A DNA stretch of 62,976 bases, filler included, from Lenisia limosa (lineage: Eukaryota > Protista > Breviatea): the NCBI GenBank assembly GCA_001655205.1. It is 13 parts of 13 records of this genome, joined end to end, with 100 filler letters (N's around TTAATTAATTAA, not from the genome) between each part and the next. Parts side by side here need not be neighbours in the genome. Positions count along the whole stretch, not along the records: positions 10,158 to 29,089 come from LPNZ01009740.1; positions 29,190 to 32,959 come from LPNZ01008451.1; positions 33,060 to 35,331 come from LPNZ01009579.1; positions 35,432 to 37,140 come from LPNZ01000757.1; 9 more parts are not named here. One strand, given 5' to 3'. Positions 24,772 to 37,240 of the stretch are shown one piece after another. Made by a program: the position numbers and the translations under genes. The notes below the pieces were generated by a model that saw nothing but the letters and a program-made list of their open reading frames with translations, was not told where the DNA came from and ran no database searches. How positions within the stretch are numbered: the first letter of the stretch is position 1; every line of letters begins with the position of its first letter.

Positions 24772-27190
24772 CTAGCCCTCCTCCTCATCGTCTAAAACAT
24801 GCCGTCGGAGTGAGCGGTCGAAAGACGATGAATCCAACGCAACACTCTGCTCAATTACACCACTTAGGTTCAAAAGATCAAAAACAACCAGTTGTCTTCA
24901 GGTGTCCAATGACATAAAACAGTTCACCCCCCTCCCGAAATAAGACCTAATAAAGCAAACCGGGAAGGTAGGCGAGAGGTATGATGATGACGATGATTGA
25001 TGTAGTCGATTTTCTGGCAGGACTGCAGTTTCAACTACATTGTGTGAGTTTAGTTAGTGCTTATCATACGAATTTCAACAAAGTGGGCAACACTTTGCTG
25101 ACAAAAAGAGAACAGAAACAATCTAGGCTCCCAACGGCATCAGAGGCCTGTACAACTGTCTATTGGTCAATTCAACTCACTTGAGGTCATGCCAGCAAGA
25201 GGAAAGCGGGTAAGCGGGTCAGGGTCCTCCAAGCCAGATTCCGACATAGCTTCTGACATCGAGTCAACGGAATTGGCCACCACAGACTCGATGGTCAAGA
25301 CTTCAGCCTGAGAAAACGACGCGGGGTGGCGATCTTTTGGGAACCGACGGTGCTCGGAAGAGTCTGACGTCATGGACATTCGGCTATGTGTAGAGTGAGG
25401 GGAGTAGAGCGGGTGGCCATCGGTGATGTCAACAGGGGGGTTAGTGGAGGACGGTGAGAGTGGCGGAGACGGCGATGGTGGGGTAAACGTTTGAATCTCT
25501 AAACTCGAAATCATCTGAAACATAAGAGAAGTGCTGAAGATAACCAAGACACGAGCCGGGCTACCCTCATACATCAACAGGATCGAGCTCCTCCTGCTGG
25601 CTGGCTTCGGGGTTGCGAAGACAAGGCTTGAGGCCGCTGGCAGCGCTGTCTAGGCTGGAATGGCTCCATGCTCGTGCCACAGACCTGACGGGATCTTCCT
25701 CGCCACTACTGAAGTGAGCTGACTGCGTTCAAAGGCAGCGTGTGTGTGGGGGAGGGGGGGGATACGTTAACTGATTAAAAAGTTGTAACACGCCAAAATG
25801 TCATTTAAAAAATAAATTCACCCAATTTTTGCCTTATAGTATGGACACTCAAAAAGGAAATTCAATTTGAAACAATTGACCCAAAAGAGCCCAAAGTATT
25901 TAAAGGGATTCCCTTCGCACCAAAAGATTAAATTCCCCTATATTATTTTTTACTCATTATGACACGAGGGAAGCCCAACCAAACGCCGTACCTGCTTGCA
26001 GCGCTCAATGCCCCTGAGGACCGGCGAGGACGGGGAGAGGACAGGCCGCTGTATAATGATGCTGTTTCAGACATCGGCTCATCTTCAGAGATTGGGGAAC
26101 TCGTGTTTTCAGGCTATAAGGGTTAGAACACAAAAGGTCATTATTTCTTACGAAAATTTAAACCCAATTCAATAAGAACAAAGAGAACACATACAGGCAA
26201 TAAAGCAGCCAACCTTTAGAGTGAATGGGTTTGGCTGTTCAGAAGACGCGAAGGAAACGGGAAGTTGGAACTGTAACGGGGGGGTGGCAGTGAACGTGGT
26301 GACATTGGTGGCGAGTGACGGTTGAGGCATGGCTTCTTGCTGGGGTTGGAATGAAACGCTGGCCTCGCCTGAGTTGTGAGCAGGGAATCCCTTAAAAACT
26401 CCTTGTTTTGCAATGATGTGTGTGATACATTAACTCGTGTTCCGACAAAATAAACTGTCAAACCATGAGTAAGTTTGGGTGAAACACCAATCCAGAAGAA
26501 AAATAAATCAGAGATCTTAAGTAAATTCACAACACTCACCAAAAGATGGGAAGGAAGACGCAGAAACAGAATGTTGAGGAACATGTGTGGTCCAGGAATC
26601 AACGATTTCTTTTCTGTCATTTTGGACTGGTCCGGGCTCGAACATGAAATTCACATTACTTCGCTCATCAGACTGAATAGTAAGAAAAGTTACCAAAATT
26701 CCAAAAAAAAACAATCATAATGCCTTATTTATTTAAACTCATTGAAACCTCCATCTAGGCATACAGCTGGTAGAACAAATCGGGTTCTTGTGACGGACAC
26801 TCTTCTCCTAGTTCGCCTTGAATTTTCTGAAAGTATCAATTTGGCACTTGAAGAAGCAACCATTTGAAAACACTGGTTTTATTGATAACATTTACCCACA
26901 CCACCCCTTAATATGCACAAATATTCAGAAACCCACCAGGTAGGTGTTCGGAAGCTTGCTGTGCTCTTGTTTGGGCTGATGTTCGAGTAGCATTGAGCAC
27001 TGTGTTGATCTTCGTTTGTGCATCAATGAAATGATCTAAGATTCAATTAAAATACCCCTTAATGTGTGGGTAAAAATTAAAGGGAGGATCAACACAAGAT
27101 TCCAAGTAAAAACAGAAGAGAAACCCCTCCTTCACCTGCAGGTGAATCATCCTCAAAGCGCAGTCGCTTTTTGTTATTTCGCTGTGACAT
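24772..27190 (-). CDS. Hypothetical Ser/Pro-rich, probably disordered protein (multi-exon)
   Basis: ATG at 27190 (MSQRNNKKRLRFEDDSPA). Further AG/GT-bounded exons include DHFIDAQTKINTVLNATR, KIQGELGEECPSQEPDLFYQL, SPISEDEPMSETASLYSGLSSPR and TFTPPSPSPPLSPSS; possible last exon SFDRSLRRHVLDDEEEG*. No domain recognised and the 3' exons are uncertain. Confidence 0.5.
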
Positions 27191-27559
27191 TCGCGTTGTC
27201 AATGTCAATATAACAACTCAATTACATGATAGTTGGTTATGGGGGGCAATCTAGGACTGAGTTAGGTGGCGAACCCGATGAATGTAAGGTATTTTACCGC
27301 TTAAAAATACAATAACTTATAAAGTTCAGTACAATTTGAGATCCAAAGAGGTGTTTTGTCCAAAGTCCAAAAAAAACAAACCATTTCACCGCCGCCGTAC
27401 TTGAATTTGCTAGAACTACAATTTAAAAGAAGGCCTCTTTTGTCACAGATTAAAGGAATTGACTAATTTCTAGCATTATAACGGACTCTTTTCACTAGGT
27501 GGTGTTTGTGCTCCTAGGGATTTGATAATTATTGCGTTTCTAAACTCTCTGTTTCGATC

Positions 27560-28800
27560 ATGAGTCACCACTACGACGGCATGTACATGGGACAAGGAGG
27601 AAATCATCCAAACCAAGCTGCCCCGCAGTCTCACTCTTTTGCTCAAGGAGGCAATCCCTCATACCCTCACCATCAGCAGCATTCAAATGCTCCTCCCCAA
27701 ATTCATGGTAAGTGTTTTGATAAGATTTCAAGTAAACGTATCCCCAGTTATCTTCTGATGTTATAGGTAACTATCCTGGCCTACAGCCAGAACACATTTT
27801 TATCAAACCAAGAAGAAAGAATCTCACACAGGTAAGGGGAGAGATATTGCATCTTAATAGCGATTTCACCCTATTTGCACTCCACGAATATCTGAAGAAT
27901 GCTGACAATCAAGGGTCTCAATGTCGGAATGATCCGTGCCGACTCCCCCCCTCTTGAGGTTTGTCCACAGTAAACAATACTATCTGTTTCCTCTGAGAAC
28001 CGCATGAGTAAGAAATCCAATGATGTTTTCCTCTCGCACTCTTTATAAAATTCCTCTGAAATGGTTTAATTTTATTATGATAATTCTTTACTGCGCTTTC
28101 TGCACGTAAAAATGCCCAATGTTGGTATTCTTGTAAAGAATTAGAATCACTCACGAATAAGTACAAACAAGTTACACCCTAGGATATGTATACCCGCTTC
28201 CCGACCCCTGAGAGGCGCCTGGCACCAAGACAGTACTTTGATGAAGAGGCTGACGCAAGGCTTTATTCCCCTCCTCCCCCATCCCCACCGTCTCCTCCCG
28301 CTTCCCCTAAGAACTATCAGTACACTCCAAATGTGAGAGGGCGAAAGTAATACCCATCCACCGTGAACATTCTTTTTGTGTGGGGTTTTCATGCAAAACC
28401 AGTCAATTCATAATGTAAGGAAAGAGGAGGGAGAAACTGTTTTGTTTTTGTTTTTTTTGGTGGGGGTTTTAGTTTACATTTTTATCACTCTTTTCATTTT
28501 CAGACAATAATTAGAAACTTTTCAAATCCAAGATAAGCTTCTCCCCTAAATAAATTTAATTGAATAGCCCCAGCGTGCGAGCATGGAAAGTGAAAGGACA
28601 AGACCGCTCATGGCCTACGATTTCCTCAAGATGAACCCCTCAATGATGTCGTCGCTAGTGTCTCAAATGATGACCGGCCTCGGATTGGCAACCCAGCCGA
28701 ACGCCGTTTTTGGCATGCGTCTCATCGTCCAGCCAAATGGCAACGAGAAACTCTGTTTCGGAACTGGAATTAATGGTGAGGAGGTTTTATGTTCAACAAA
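27560..28800 (+). CDS. Hypothetical protein with Q/H/P-rich N-terminus (multi-exon)
   Basis: MSHHYDGMYMGQGGNHPNQAAPQSH...PPQIH|GNYPGLQPEHIFIKPRRKNLTQ joined by a canonical intron; later exons are plausible but their frames are ambiguous. Confidence 0.45.
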
Positions 28801-29771
28801 ATAGACTTGGTATATTACACCATGGGGTCTGGAGGGAAGGTATATGATATATAATTATTAAAAAAAATCTGTATTTTATTAAAATGGGGGTGATTTCAGA
28901 GAGGAAAAAATCCAAACAAAAAGCCTGTCATTTGCTGAAAATAGTAAAGTCTGAGCTATATCCGTGTTGTTCTTGAGAGGAACTTAGAGGCAAAGGATTA
29001 ACTGTTTTTTTTTGAGAAAAAACAATTGAAATATTATAAACTTAATGGGAAATGTTGATGTTGTGTTTTTCAAAAGTAGTATTTATTATNNNNNNNNNNN
29101 NNNNNNNNNNNNNNNNNNNNNNNNNNNNNNNNNTTAATTAATTAANNNNNNNNNNNNNNNNNNNNNNNNNNNNNNNNNNNNNNNNNNNNGCTGAGCGACG
29201 ACGAGCAGCGCGTCAAGAGCAAAACCATCCAAAAACCCGGGCCAGGCGAGGCCTGTTAGTGTGTTGTTTCCGTCATTTGTCTTATCATGTAATCCTCTGT
29301 ATCTGCCTTTCTGTCTTCATGTCATGGGTTTCTTGAAAAGGGTTAACATGATTTCTTTCCTAGTCCAAAAAAACAAAAACCCAAATGTACTTAAGATGAA
29401 GTGTTGAACATATTGGGAGTGCCCCCTCCTTGGCGTGATCAGAAGATGGGGACAACGTGACAACTGGTAAACAACTGGAGGCTGAAGCCTCTGGCTGATG
29501 TAATAACTGAATAACTAAATCATGCATTTCAGCTCTAGTTGAGGGAAGAGGTACCCCCAGGTATCAGCAATTATATATGAATTTCCCTCTCCCAGAGCAG
29601 TTGCCATTCATTGACAACAGACAACACGAGACAAAAGGTGCTTTTGCACAGATCAGACAACTATTTCAAATCCGAAGTAAAGCTGACAAAACTAAGAGAC
29701 GAAAGGCGACATTGCTGGCTACCAAGACACGTCTAGACTTCTTTACTGGTTCTACCGCGAGATAAGACACG

Positions 29772-32700
29772 ATGGCGGAACCTTCTCAGTTTGGCACCAA
29801 GATCTTCCACAAACAAAAAGGTTTGTGAGGCCCCTCCCGGCTTCTTTAACGGTTTTAGGATCAGCAGCATGGCCTTGTAAGGTAAACAGGCCAGAGTTCC
29901 CACAGTAACGCGCTAGTTGCCTTTCCCCTTTCTTCCCACTAACCTTTGCAGTACCTTGACCCAGCAAGCAAGCCTGAGGTGAAACTTGCCAAAAACGAAT
30001 CTCTGGTTCTTTACTATGGAGAAGAGCAGCTGTAGGCGAGATGCTAATGATCACTGAATCATCTTTTCAAAAGTCCCAAAAGATGTGTTTTTGTTGTGTT
30101 TTCGTTTTTGTTCATTTTTTTTTTAGCTCTTCCCTTGGCTAGCTTGCTCCCTTTACAATTATTTTGTTATGGAAAATATTGTTTTGTTTCAGGAAACAAT
30201 GTTGCTTTGAATGTGTCTTTGACGTCGAATGATAGTCCATTAGCAAGTGCTAGCTATACCTTACTATATAGTTGAAAGAACCATTATTACCATCCTTCCC
30301 CTAATACGATGATCCTTATACTGCATACTTACCATTATATCGATTTTCATTTTCATTTTGCTGTTTGCTTCATAATGCCAACAGATTTGATTTTGGGCCT
30401 TTTTTTTCCCCCATAAATTTTCCAATTTCACTTTCCCTCTCCCCGATATTTGTTCTTCCTATCCTTACGCATCACTTTACCATCATCTATCGCCCTCCTC
30501 GAACACACCCACAGCAGCAATTCCTCCCGCTTATCTAGGGCTTAGAAATTCAAGCTTTTTTCGAAACGAAGTGAAACCCTTCACTTATCTTACTAACATC
30601 CTCACAGCAGTCAGACCAAGCCCAGTGGCATTCTGGCCTTGGGAAGTGCACAAATCTCTTCTCTCACCCTCTCTCTCTCGCTCTCTTTTTGTTATTTCTA
30701 TACACATACTCCTTTTTTTGTCTCTTTCTACACCCCACCCCCCACCTTGTTTTTTTACCTCAGTGTATTCATCACTTAACTGCTAACCCCGTAGTGATTG
30801 ATTTTGAGCTTCTTTTTTTGTTTATTCCAATTTTACTCCCGACAGCGGAAAGGCCAAGCCCAACGACATTCTGGCCTGGGACGCGCACTACAACACGCTC
30901 GATATGGACACGATGAAGCAGAAGGCTCTGAAGAAGTGCATCATCATCGCAGAGTCCGACGACGCCGTACCGGGAACTACACCCGTGGGCGAGCTGGGCG
31001 GGGGGGGGGGNNNNNNNNNNNNNNNNNNNNNNNNNNNNNNNNNNNNNNNNNNNNNNNNNNNNNNNNNNNNNNNNNNNNNNNNNNNNNNNNNNNATAAATA
31101 TCGATATTTTGACTGTCTTTTTCGGACCGTAAGACTTTCCTTGGTCACTGAATATAATTATAAAGAGGTGCAGGTGGTCTGTTTCTCAAGAGAGACTACA
31201 TATTAATCCCCCAGTTATCAATGAAGAAGCAGGCACCAAAGACCCCCAAGAAGGCTGTTAAGGCCCCCAAGACCCCCGCCAAGGTATTTTGACGTTTATA
31301 ATGATACTTGGAGCTGCACATGTCTAGTCATTGTAGAACTATATTATGTTGTAAGGCAAATGATTGGGTGAATTAACATTAAACTATAATTCCATATCTC
31401 TTATAAGCATGATGGTGTGGACGACTTAGGCCAGATACAACTTTATTTTTTTATTTCTCATTGCTATCTCATATATAATCTGATGTTTCATAATGACTAT
31501 TGCTTCACTCCGTAAATGATGGGTATACTATCGAACTTTCACGAACATTTTCTAGCCCGGGGTGAAGCCCTACCTGTGGTGGTTCATAATGCTATCATAT
31601 TTATCAGAACTAGAGCTTTACTTATGTATATGCGTACAAAGGGGTATCTGGCCGAAGCCGTCCACATCACGCCTATAAGAGAAATTGGATTATAGTATAA
31701 TAAACTAGTGCTTTTGCTAGATATATGTTAGTATTTAGCCAACTGAGTTGAATTTTGGTTTTTGTTTTGTTGTGTAGTGTTTAATTTCATACATATTCCA
31801 TTTTGGCTCCCTTTATCTCGCAAGAAGGCAGCACCTAAGACCCCCGCCAAAAAGACCCCCAAAACACCGGCAAAGAAACCCGCAGCCAAAACCCCCGCAA
31901 AGAAAACGGCGAAGAAGCCATCAACTACACGTGCACGCAAAGGAGCTGAAGACGACGCTGCTGACATGTCCGAATTTAGCGACTCGAGTGACGATGATGA
32001 GTTTGACGCCGCCGCGGAAGCCACGGCTGCCCTCCTGGTGTCTTCAGTGGTCTCCGGACCGGACGAAACGGTTCTGTCCACCAACGTGACCAAGCACGAC
32101 ATGCCTGAGGATAGCGAGTCGGAAAGCGACGATGACTCGGCAGCGGAGAGGGAGTACGAATTGGCCCGTCAGAAGAAGATGAAGAGCCAGGCTGAGGGCG
32201 GAAACGATGACGTGTCATACGACGGAAGCGGAAGCGATTCTGATCGCGAAGTTGTTCCGAAGTCCCGCCGCCGCGCCAGCCAAGATGATCCTGAGTACTC
32301 TGAGAAGAAGGCTGCCAAGCCAAAGACCCCGAAAAAGCCCCGGGCGCCGCGCACCCCGGTTAAACCCCGGGCCCCTGCTGCAGTAAGCTGTTATGCGTAC
32401 ATTTATTGCATTTATTACACTCGTTTTTGCACCATTGTGCTTATATTGTCATTGTTTCAGCCCAAGACCCCACGCACAACTAAGACGCAAAGTAACAAGT
32501 TGAAGGTTTTTCGGGTGTTTATTTGGGCTTCACTTCGGTTTGCTGGATGTATTCTCTAATATTGTATTAGTTTTTTTTCTAACCGATGTGAAGCCCCAGG
32601 GTTTTTATCTTTTTTCTATGATATTCATCCCCCGTCCCATCCCATTTTGCTATTCTTACCCAGATCACCTCATATATTCGCTTTTGCTATTCTTACCCAG

Positions 32701-32939
32701 ATCACCTCATATATTCGCTTTCCAATTTTGCTGTACGCTGGAGATGGGATGCGTGATCTTCATTGTTTTGTTGTTATCCCTTCGTGTGTTGTTGTCAGCC
32801 AACAGAGTTGATTTTGGGCTCTTTTTGTTTCATAAATTTTCCAAATTCACCCCCCAGGTTGAGTTAGAAATGAAGCGATCGAAGGACAAGTCGAAGGTCA
32901 CCAAGTGCACAGTGTCTCTTCTGGAGGCTCTGAGATCCC
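29772..32939 (+). CDS. Divergent PWWP-domain chromatin protein with histone-H1-like K/P/T/A repeats and acidic tract (3' truncated)
   Basis: Exons 29772-29820, 29859-29881, 29952-30031 and 30846 onward splice in phase to FGTKIFHKQKGSAAWPCKYLDPASKPEVKLAKNESLVLYYGEEQLGKAKPNDILAWDAHY, the PWWP fold pattern. Then KKAAPKTPAKKTPKTPAKK repeats, D/E/S-rich tracts and a helical C-terminal exon. Confidence 0.75.
31383..31696. mobile_element. MITE-like element with ~55-bp imperfect terminal inverted repeats, inside a PWWP-gene intron
   Basis: actataattccatatctcttataagcatgatggtgtggacgacttaggccagatac (left) is the near reverse complement of gtatctggccgaagccgtccacatcacgcctataagagaaattggattatagt (right). 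Solo arms of the same family lie near 34660, 34705, 40445, 48970 and 59040. Confidence 0.65.
32741..32857 (+). repeat. Intron-3'-end repeat, copy in PWWP gene
   Basis: gagatgggatgcg...gttgtcagccaacagagttgattttgggctctttttgtttcataaattttccaaattcaccccccAG, ending exactly at acceptor 32856-32857. Confidence 0.85.
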
Positions 32940-33059
32940 GTGGGATGAGGGGGAGGGGGNNNNNNNNNNNNNNNNNNNNNNNNNNNNNNNNNNNNNNNNN
33001 NNNTTAATTAATTAANNNNNNNNNNNNNNNNNNNNNNNNNNNNNNNNNNNNNNNNNNNN

Positions 33060-35288
33060 GCAATTAACTTCACGACAAGGAGCGATAAGGCGCACACGGG
33101 ACGGGCGACCGTATCTGCCGTTGAAAATGCAGGCAGAAGCTTGATCAAACTGTCCACGTGTTTAGGCTCATTGAAGGCAACTAACACATCCACATCCGTG
33201 CTTCGGGCCTGGAGGAAATTGGCTGATTTGCCTGCTAACGCCCGCGTTGACACGTCATTTACAAGCGGAGTGTCGGGATAAAGCGCTGCTAGGACCGCGT
33301 ACTCCGAAGCTTGGGTGGCAATTTTGGCCATGACGTGCCAGTTTTCCTTGCGTGCCACGTGGTGCGCCACAATAAACGTCAATTCCCCAGTGTCAGTTTC
33401 AAGGTCCTTCTGATAACTAGCCAAAATGGCATCGAAATCCGTGAATTTGCTTGAAGTTCCCGCGGGATTGAGGCTGTAGACCTTACGGATGGCCAGGAAT
33501 ATAGCCGCAACTATCGGCATACTCTGGGGGGGGGGGGNNNNNNNNNNNNNNNNNNNNNNNNNNNNNNNNNNNNNNNNNNNNNNNNNNNNNNNNNNNNGGC
33601 AGACGACAACACACACGGGTTGATAACAACAAACAGGCCAGTCGCTTCTGCAGCACTGCATCTCATCACTCCAGCGAAACATTGATAAATTTATGAAACA
33701 AAAAAAAAGCCCAGATCAACTCGGTTGGAAATAATTGGAAATTTATGAAACAAAAAAAAAGAAGCCCAAATCAACTTTGTTAGCAGACAACACATGAGGG
33801 TCAACAACCAANNNNNNNNNNNNNNNNNNNNNNNNNNNNNNNNNNNNNNNNNNNNNNNNNNNNNNNNNNNNNNNNNNNNNNNNNNNNNNNNNNNNNNNNN
33901 NNCCAAGTACCTTGGCAGCATATAGCCGAGTTTTCCTCTCCAAGACGATTGTGAGAATATCAGTGAGATAGTCAGGGTTCTGGGGAGTAAAATTGGAAAA
34001 TTTATGAACAAAAAAGCCCAAAATCAACTCTGTTGGCAGATAACACAAAAGGGTTAAGAACATCAAAACAAACAAAGCNNNNNNNNNNNNNNNNNNNNNN
34101 NNNNNNNNNNNNNNNNNNNNNNNNNNNNNNNNNNNNNNNNNNNNNNNNNNNNNNNNNNNNNNNNNNNNNNNNNNNNNNNNNNNNNNNNNNNNNNNNNNNN
34201 NNNNNNNNNNNNNNNNNNNNNNNNNNNNNNNNNNNNNNNNNNNNNNNNNNNNNNNNNNNNNNNNNNNNNNNNNNNNNNNNNNNNNNNNNNNNNNNNNCCA
34301 GCCAGTCACTTCTGATAAATGGGAGAAAATATTCAGAGCCATTTGAGGAAAAAAGCTCTTTAACTTAAACAAGAAAACTATCATGACGTTAGCCCACCTT
34401 AAGCGGCCAGTCCAACAGGACGGTGACAAGGCCGGCGTGAGCCTCATCTCGAAGACTGCGGAGGAGGAGGTAGCGGGGAAGGGGGAACTTGTCAATATCC
34501 TCTATGTACACTGTTTTACGAGAAGCCTGGAGGAATGTGAGAAAGAAAAAAAAAATTCTCCAAAAAACAAGCTCAAAATGATTCAAACAATTTCAGTAAA
34601 ATATATGATAAATTCCATGGTAGTATAGGGCAATGAGAAAAAAATAACAGAAGGTTGTCTCTGGCCAAAGCCGTTCACACCATCAATCTTGAGAAATATT
34701 AAAATCTGGTATCTGGCTAAACCGTCTACATCACGATTATAAGAGATAGTAGAATACAATGTCACATACACATAGACACCCCTCCCCCACAGTCAAAACT
34801 TGGACTAAGAAGTCGGTGTTGATGGGATCGGAAAAGAGCAGGCAAGTTTCCTTATACTGCAGGGGTGAAAAATGAAATCGTGAGTGTTTGTATTTCCCTA
34901 GAGTTCTAATGTACTATCTCATATTATTTCACTTTAAAGAAAAATATCTTTCCCCTCCATTAATCTAACTCCAAAATTCCACACTTTACATACCATAAAA
35001 TCCCAAGTCAAAAAAACTGAATAATAAAACTGAGACGCTCCACCAGAAAATATCACGTAAAATTGTTTATAGTTAATGAATTGAGCTGACCAAAAAAGAA
35101 AATTTGGGTGAGCAATGTTGAAAATAATGAAAACAGTGATAAAGTGCCATTTTTGACCAATAACTGGGGTTTTAGGCCAATATTATCCACTAACCTTGAA
35201 AACGTCAACGCCTGTGTACGTCACGAAACACACCACGATTTTCAGGACAGCATCGCCAACATCCGAGACCATATGCTTGGAGGCCCAC
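33060..35288 (-). CDS. Hypothetical, probably alpha-helical-repeat protein (partial, multi-exon)
   Basis: Five exons join in phase 0: WASKHMVSDVGDAVLKIVVCFVTYTGVDVFK|YKETCLLFSDPINTDFLVQVLT|ASRKTVYIEDIDKFPLPRYLLLRSL...WPLK|NPDYLTDILTIVLERKTRLYAAK|SMPIVAAIFLAIRKVY.... Product not recognised. Confidence 0.7.
33524..33810 (-). repeat. Intron-3'-end repeat, tandem copies
   Basis: Two or more partial units (ctgctaacaaagttgatttgggc...tttcataaattt; ggagtgatgagatgcagtgctgcagaagcgactggcc) run through an N gap into a C-run and acceptor AG at 33525-33524. Confidence 0.8.
33980..34078 (-). repeat. Intron-3'-end repeat copy
   Basis: aacccttttgtgttatctgccaacagagttgattttgggcttttttgttcataaattttccaatttactccccAG, ending at acceptor 33981-33980. 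Confidence 0.85.
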
Positions 35289-35431
35289 TGGTGGGAAGAG
35301 TAAATAAAATTTATCATGGGGGGGGGGGGGGNNNNNNNNNNNNNNNNNNNNNNNNNNNNNNNNNNNNNNNNNNNNTTAATTAATTAANNNNNNNNNNNNN
35401 NNNNNNNNNNNNNNNNNNNNNNNNNNNNNNN

Positions 35432-37140
35432 TTCTATTAGGAGGGTTGTATCTTCAGAAATTTCAGTATTAATTGAAGAAACACTTACATCTCCAACTAT
35501 TGATAAATCATAATTCCCCGTACTATCTACAATTTTATTATCACTATTACTTTGCATCTCCCAGTGAGCTTTTTCTTCACCATTAACTGAAATAGATACA
35601 TCATGATATTCACCAGAAAATACTTGATTTGCATCTAAGCTTCCACCAGTACTATCTTGTTCCTGTCCTAACATTAGTACACCATCTTCACCTAAAGTAT
35701 GACCTTTGGCTAAAGTTACCGTTCTACCTTGTTGTTCACCATTTACAAAAACAGACGTTAATCCAGTTGCACTATCCCACGAAACCGAAATCTCTTTTTC
35801 TTCTCCATCATAAATTGAACCATCAATTCCAAAGTAGTGACTTGCTCCATCTACATAAATACCAATAGCCGTTCCCGCATCATTTGAGAAAACTAAAAAA
35901 TCATTATTATTTTCACTAGAGGCATAAGATAAAAGACTGTTTGAGTTATTTGACGTTGATGAAATAGTCATTGATACATCAACAGATGTTGCTCCACCTA
36001 ATAGCTCTGGATTATCACCCCTACTATCAAAAACTAAAGCTCCGTCTGTTCCATTTTCATTAATCATAACTGTACTTGTTCCTGAGTCATCAACAGCAAC
36101 AGGACCATCATTTACAGCTTCAACAAAAACTGCAATTGTCTCAGTAGTTATTCCTCCATCACTATCTGTTGCAGTAACAGTAATGGTATCTGTTCCATTA
36201 TAGTTAGCATCTGGTGTATAGACAATATTGCCATCAACTATTTCAACTGTTCCATTATCTGCACTTAATGTTGGGGCAACAATTCCATCTTCTACATCTG
36301 TAATAGAAAAACTATCTGAACTAATTGTTAATGTCCCATCTTCATTAACTGTTGCTGTTGATTGTACTGTTATTTCAGGTAAATCATTTACACTTGTAAC
36401 ATTTAGATTTACGGTAGCACTGCTTGTACCACCATTTCCATCAGAAATTGTATAAGTAAAGCTTGCTGCTCCATTATAATTTGCATCTGGCGTAAATACG
36501 ACTTTTCCATCTTCATTGATTGTTACTGTACCGTGAGTATTTTCAGTAGCATCAACTGAAATAATTGTTAAAGTATCACCATCAATATCTGAATCATTTT
36601 CTAATAAAGTAGAAGGTTCAATAGTAATAGAATTATCTTCATTCGTTTGTAAGCTTCCGTCAGCACTTTGTACATTAATAGTTGTACCAGTAATTCCAAA
36701 TTCACCTGCATTAGAACTTCCAGCCCATCGATTTGCTGTAATTGCTAAATCACCATCAACATACCCAGCATTAATTCCATTGATTTGATGAGAAGTATCA
36801 GTAATACCTGATAACATTGTTACTGTATCAGCAGAGAAATCTACTTCTGCTACTAATCTATCCCCATCTTGTGGAGTAAAAGCAACAAGTTTAGTATTTG
36901 TATCATAATACCACTGACCATCTATATTTTTAACAGCTACTAAATTTGTAGCATTACCACTATGAATTGCATTATCAGAAAATCTATCATGTACATTATC
37001 TGATGAATACATAATATATCCACTGCCAGATGCTCCATCCATACCAACAATACCATGACCTAATCCACCTAAAGAAACGGCTGTAATCGATTGAGAATTA
37101 TCTGGACTATCATCACTAGCAACAGGCCCATCATTAACAG
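35432..37140 (-). CDS. Bacterial-type giant adhesin fragment (cadherin/Ig-like tandem repeats plus LamG/pentraxin-like domain), open at both ends
   Basis: A single intronless frame spans the whole contig with A/T-ending codons. Repeated VNDGPVAxDD/VNDLP boundaries; LLENDSDIDGDTLTI...FTPDANYNGAASFTYTISDGNGG (Ig-like repeat of T1SS adhesins); LMLGQEQDSTGGSLDANQVFSGEYHDVSI (pentraxin/LamG signature). Confidence 0.88.
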
Positions 37141-37240
37141 NNNNNNNNNNNNNNNNNNNNNNNNNNNNNNNNNNNNNNNNNNNNTTAATTAATTAANNNN
37201 NNNNNNNNNNNNNNNNNNNNNNNNNNNNNNNNNNNNNNNN

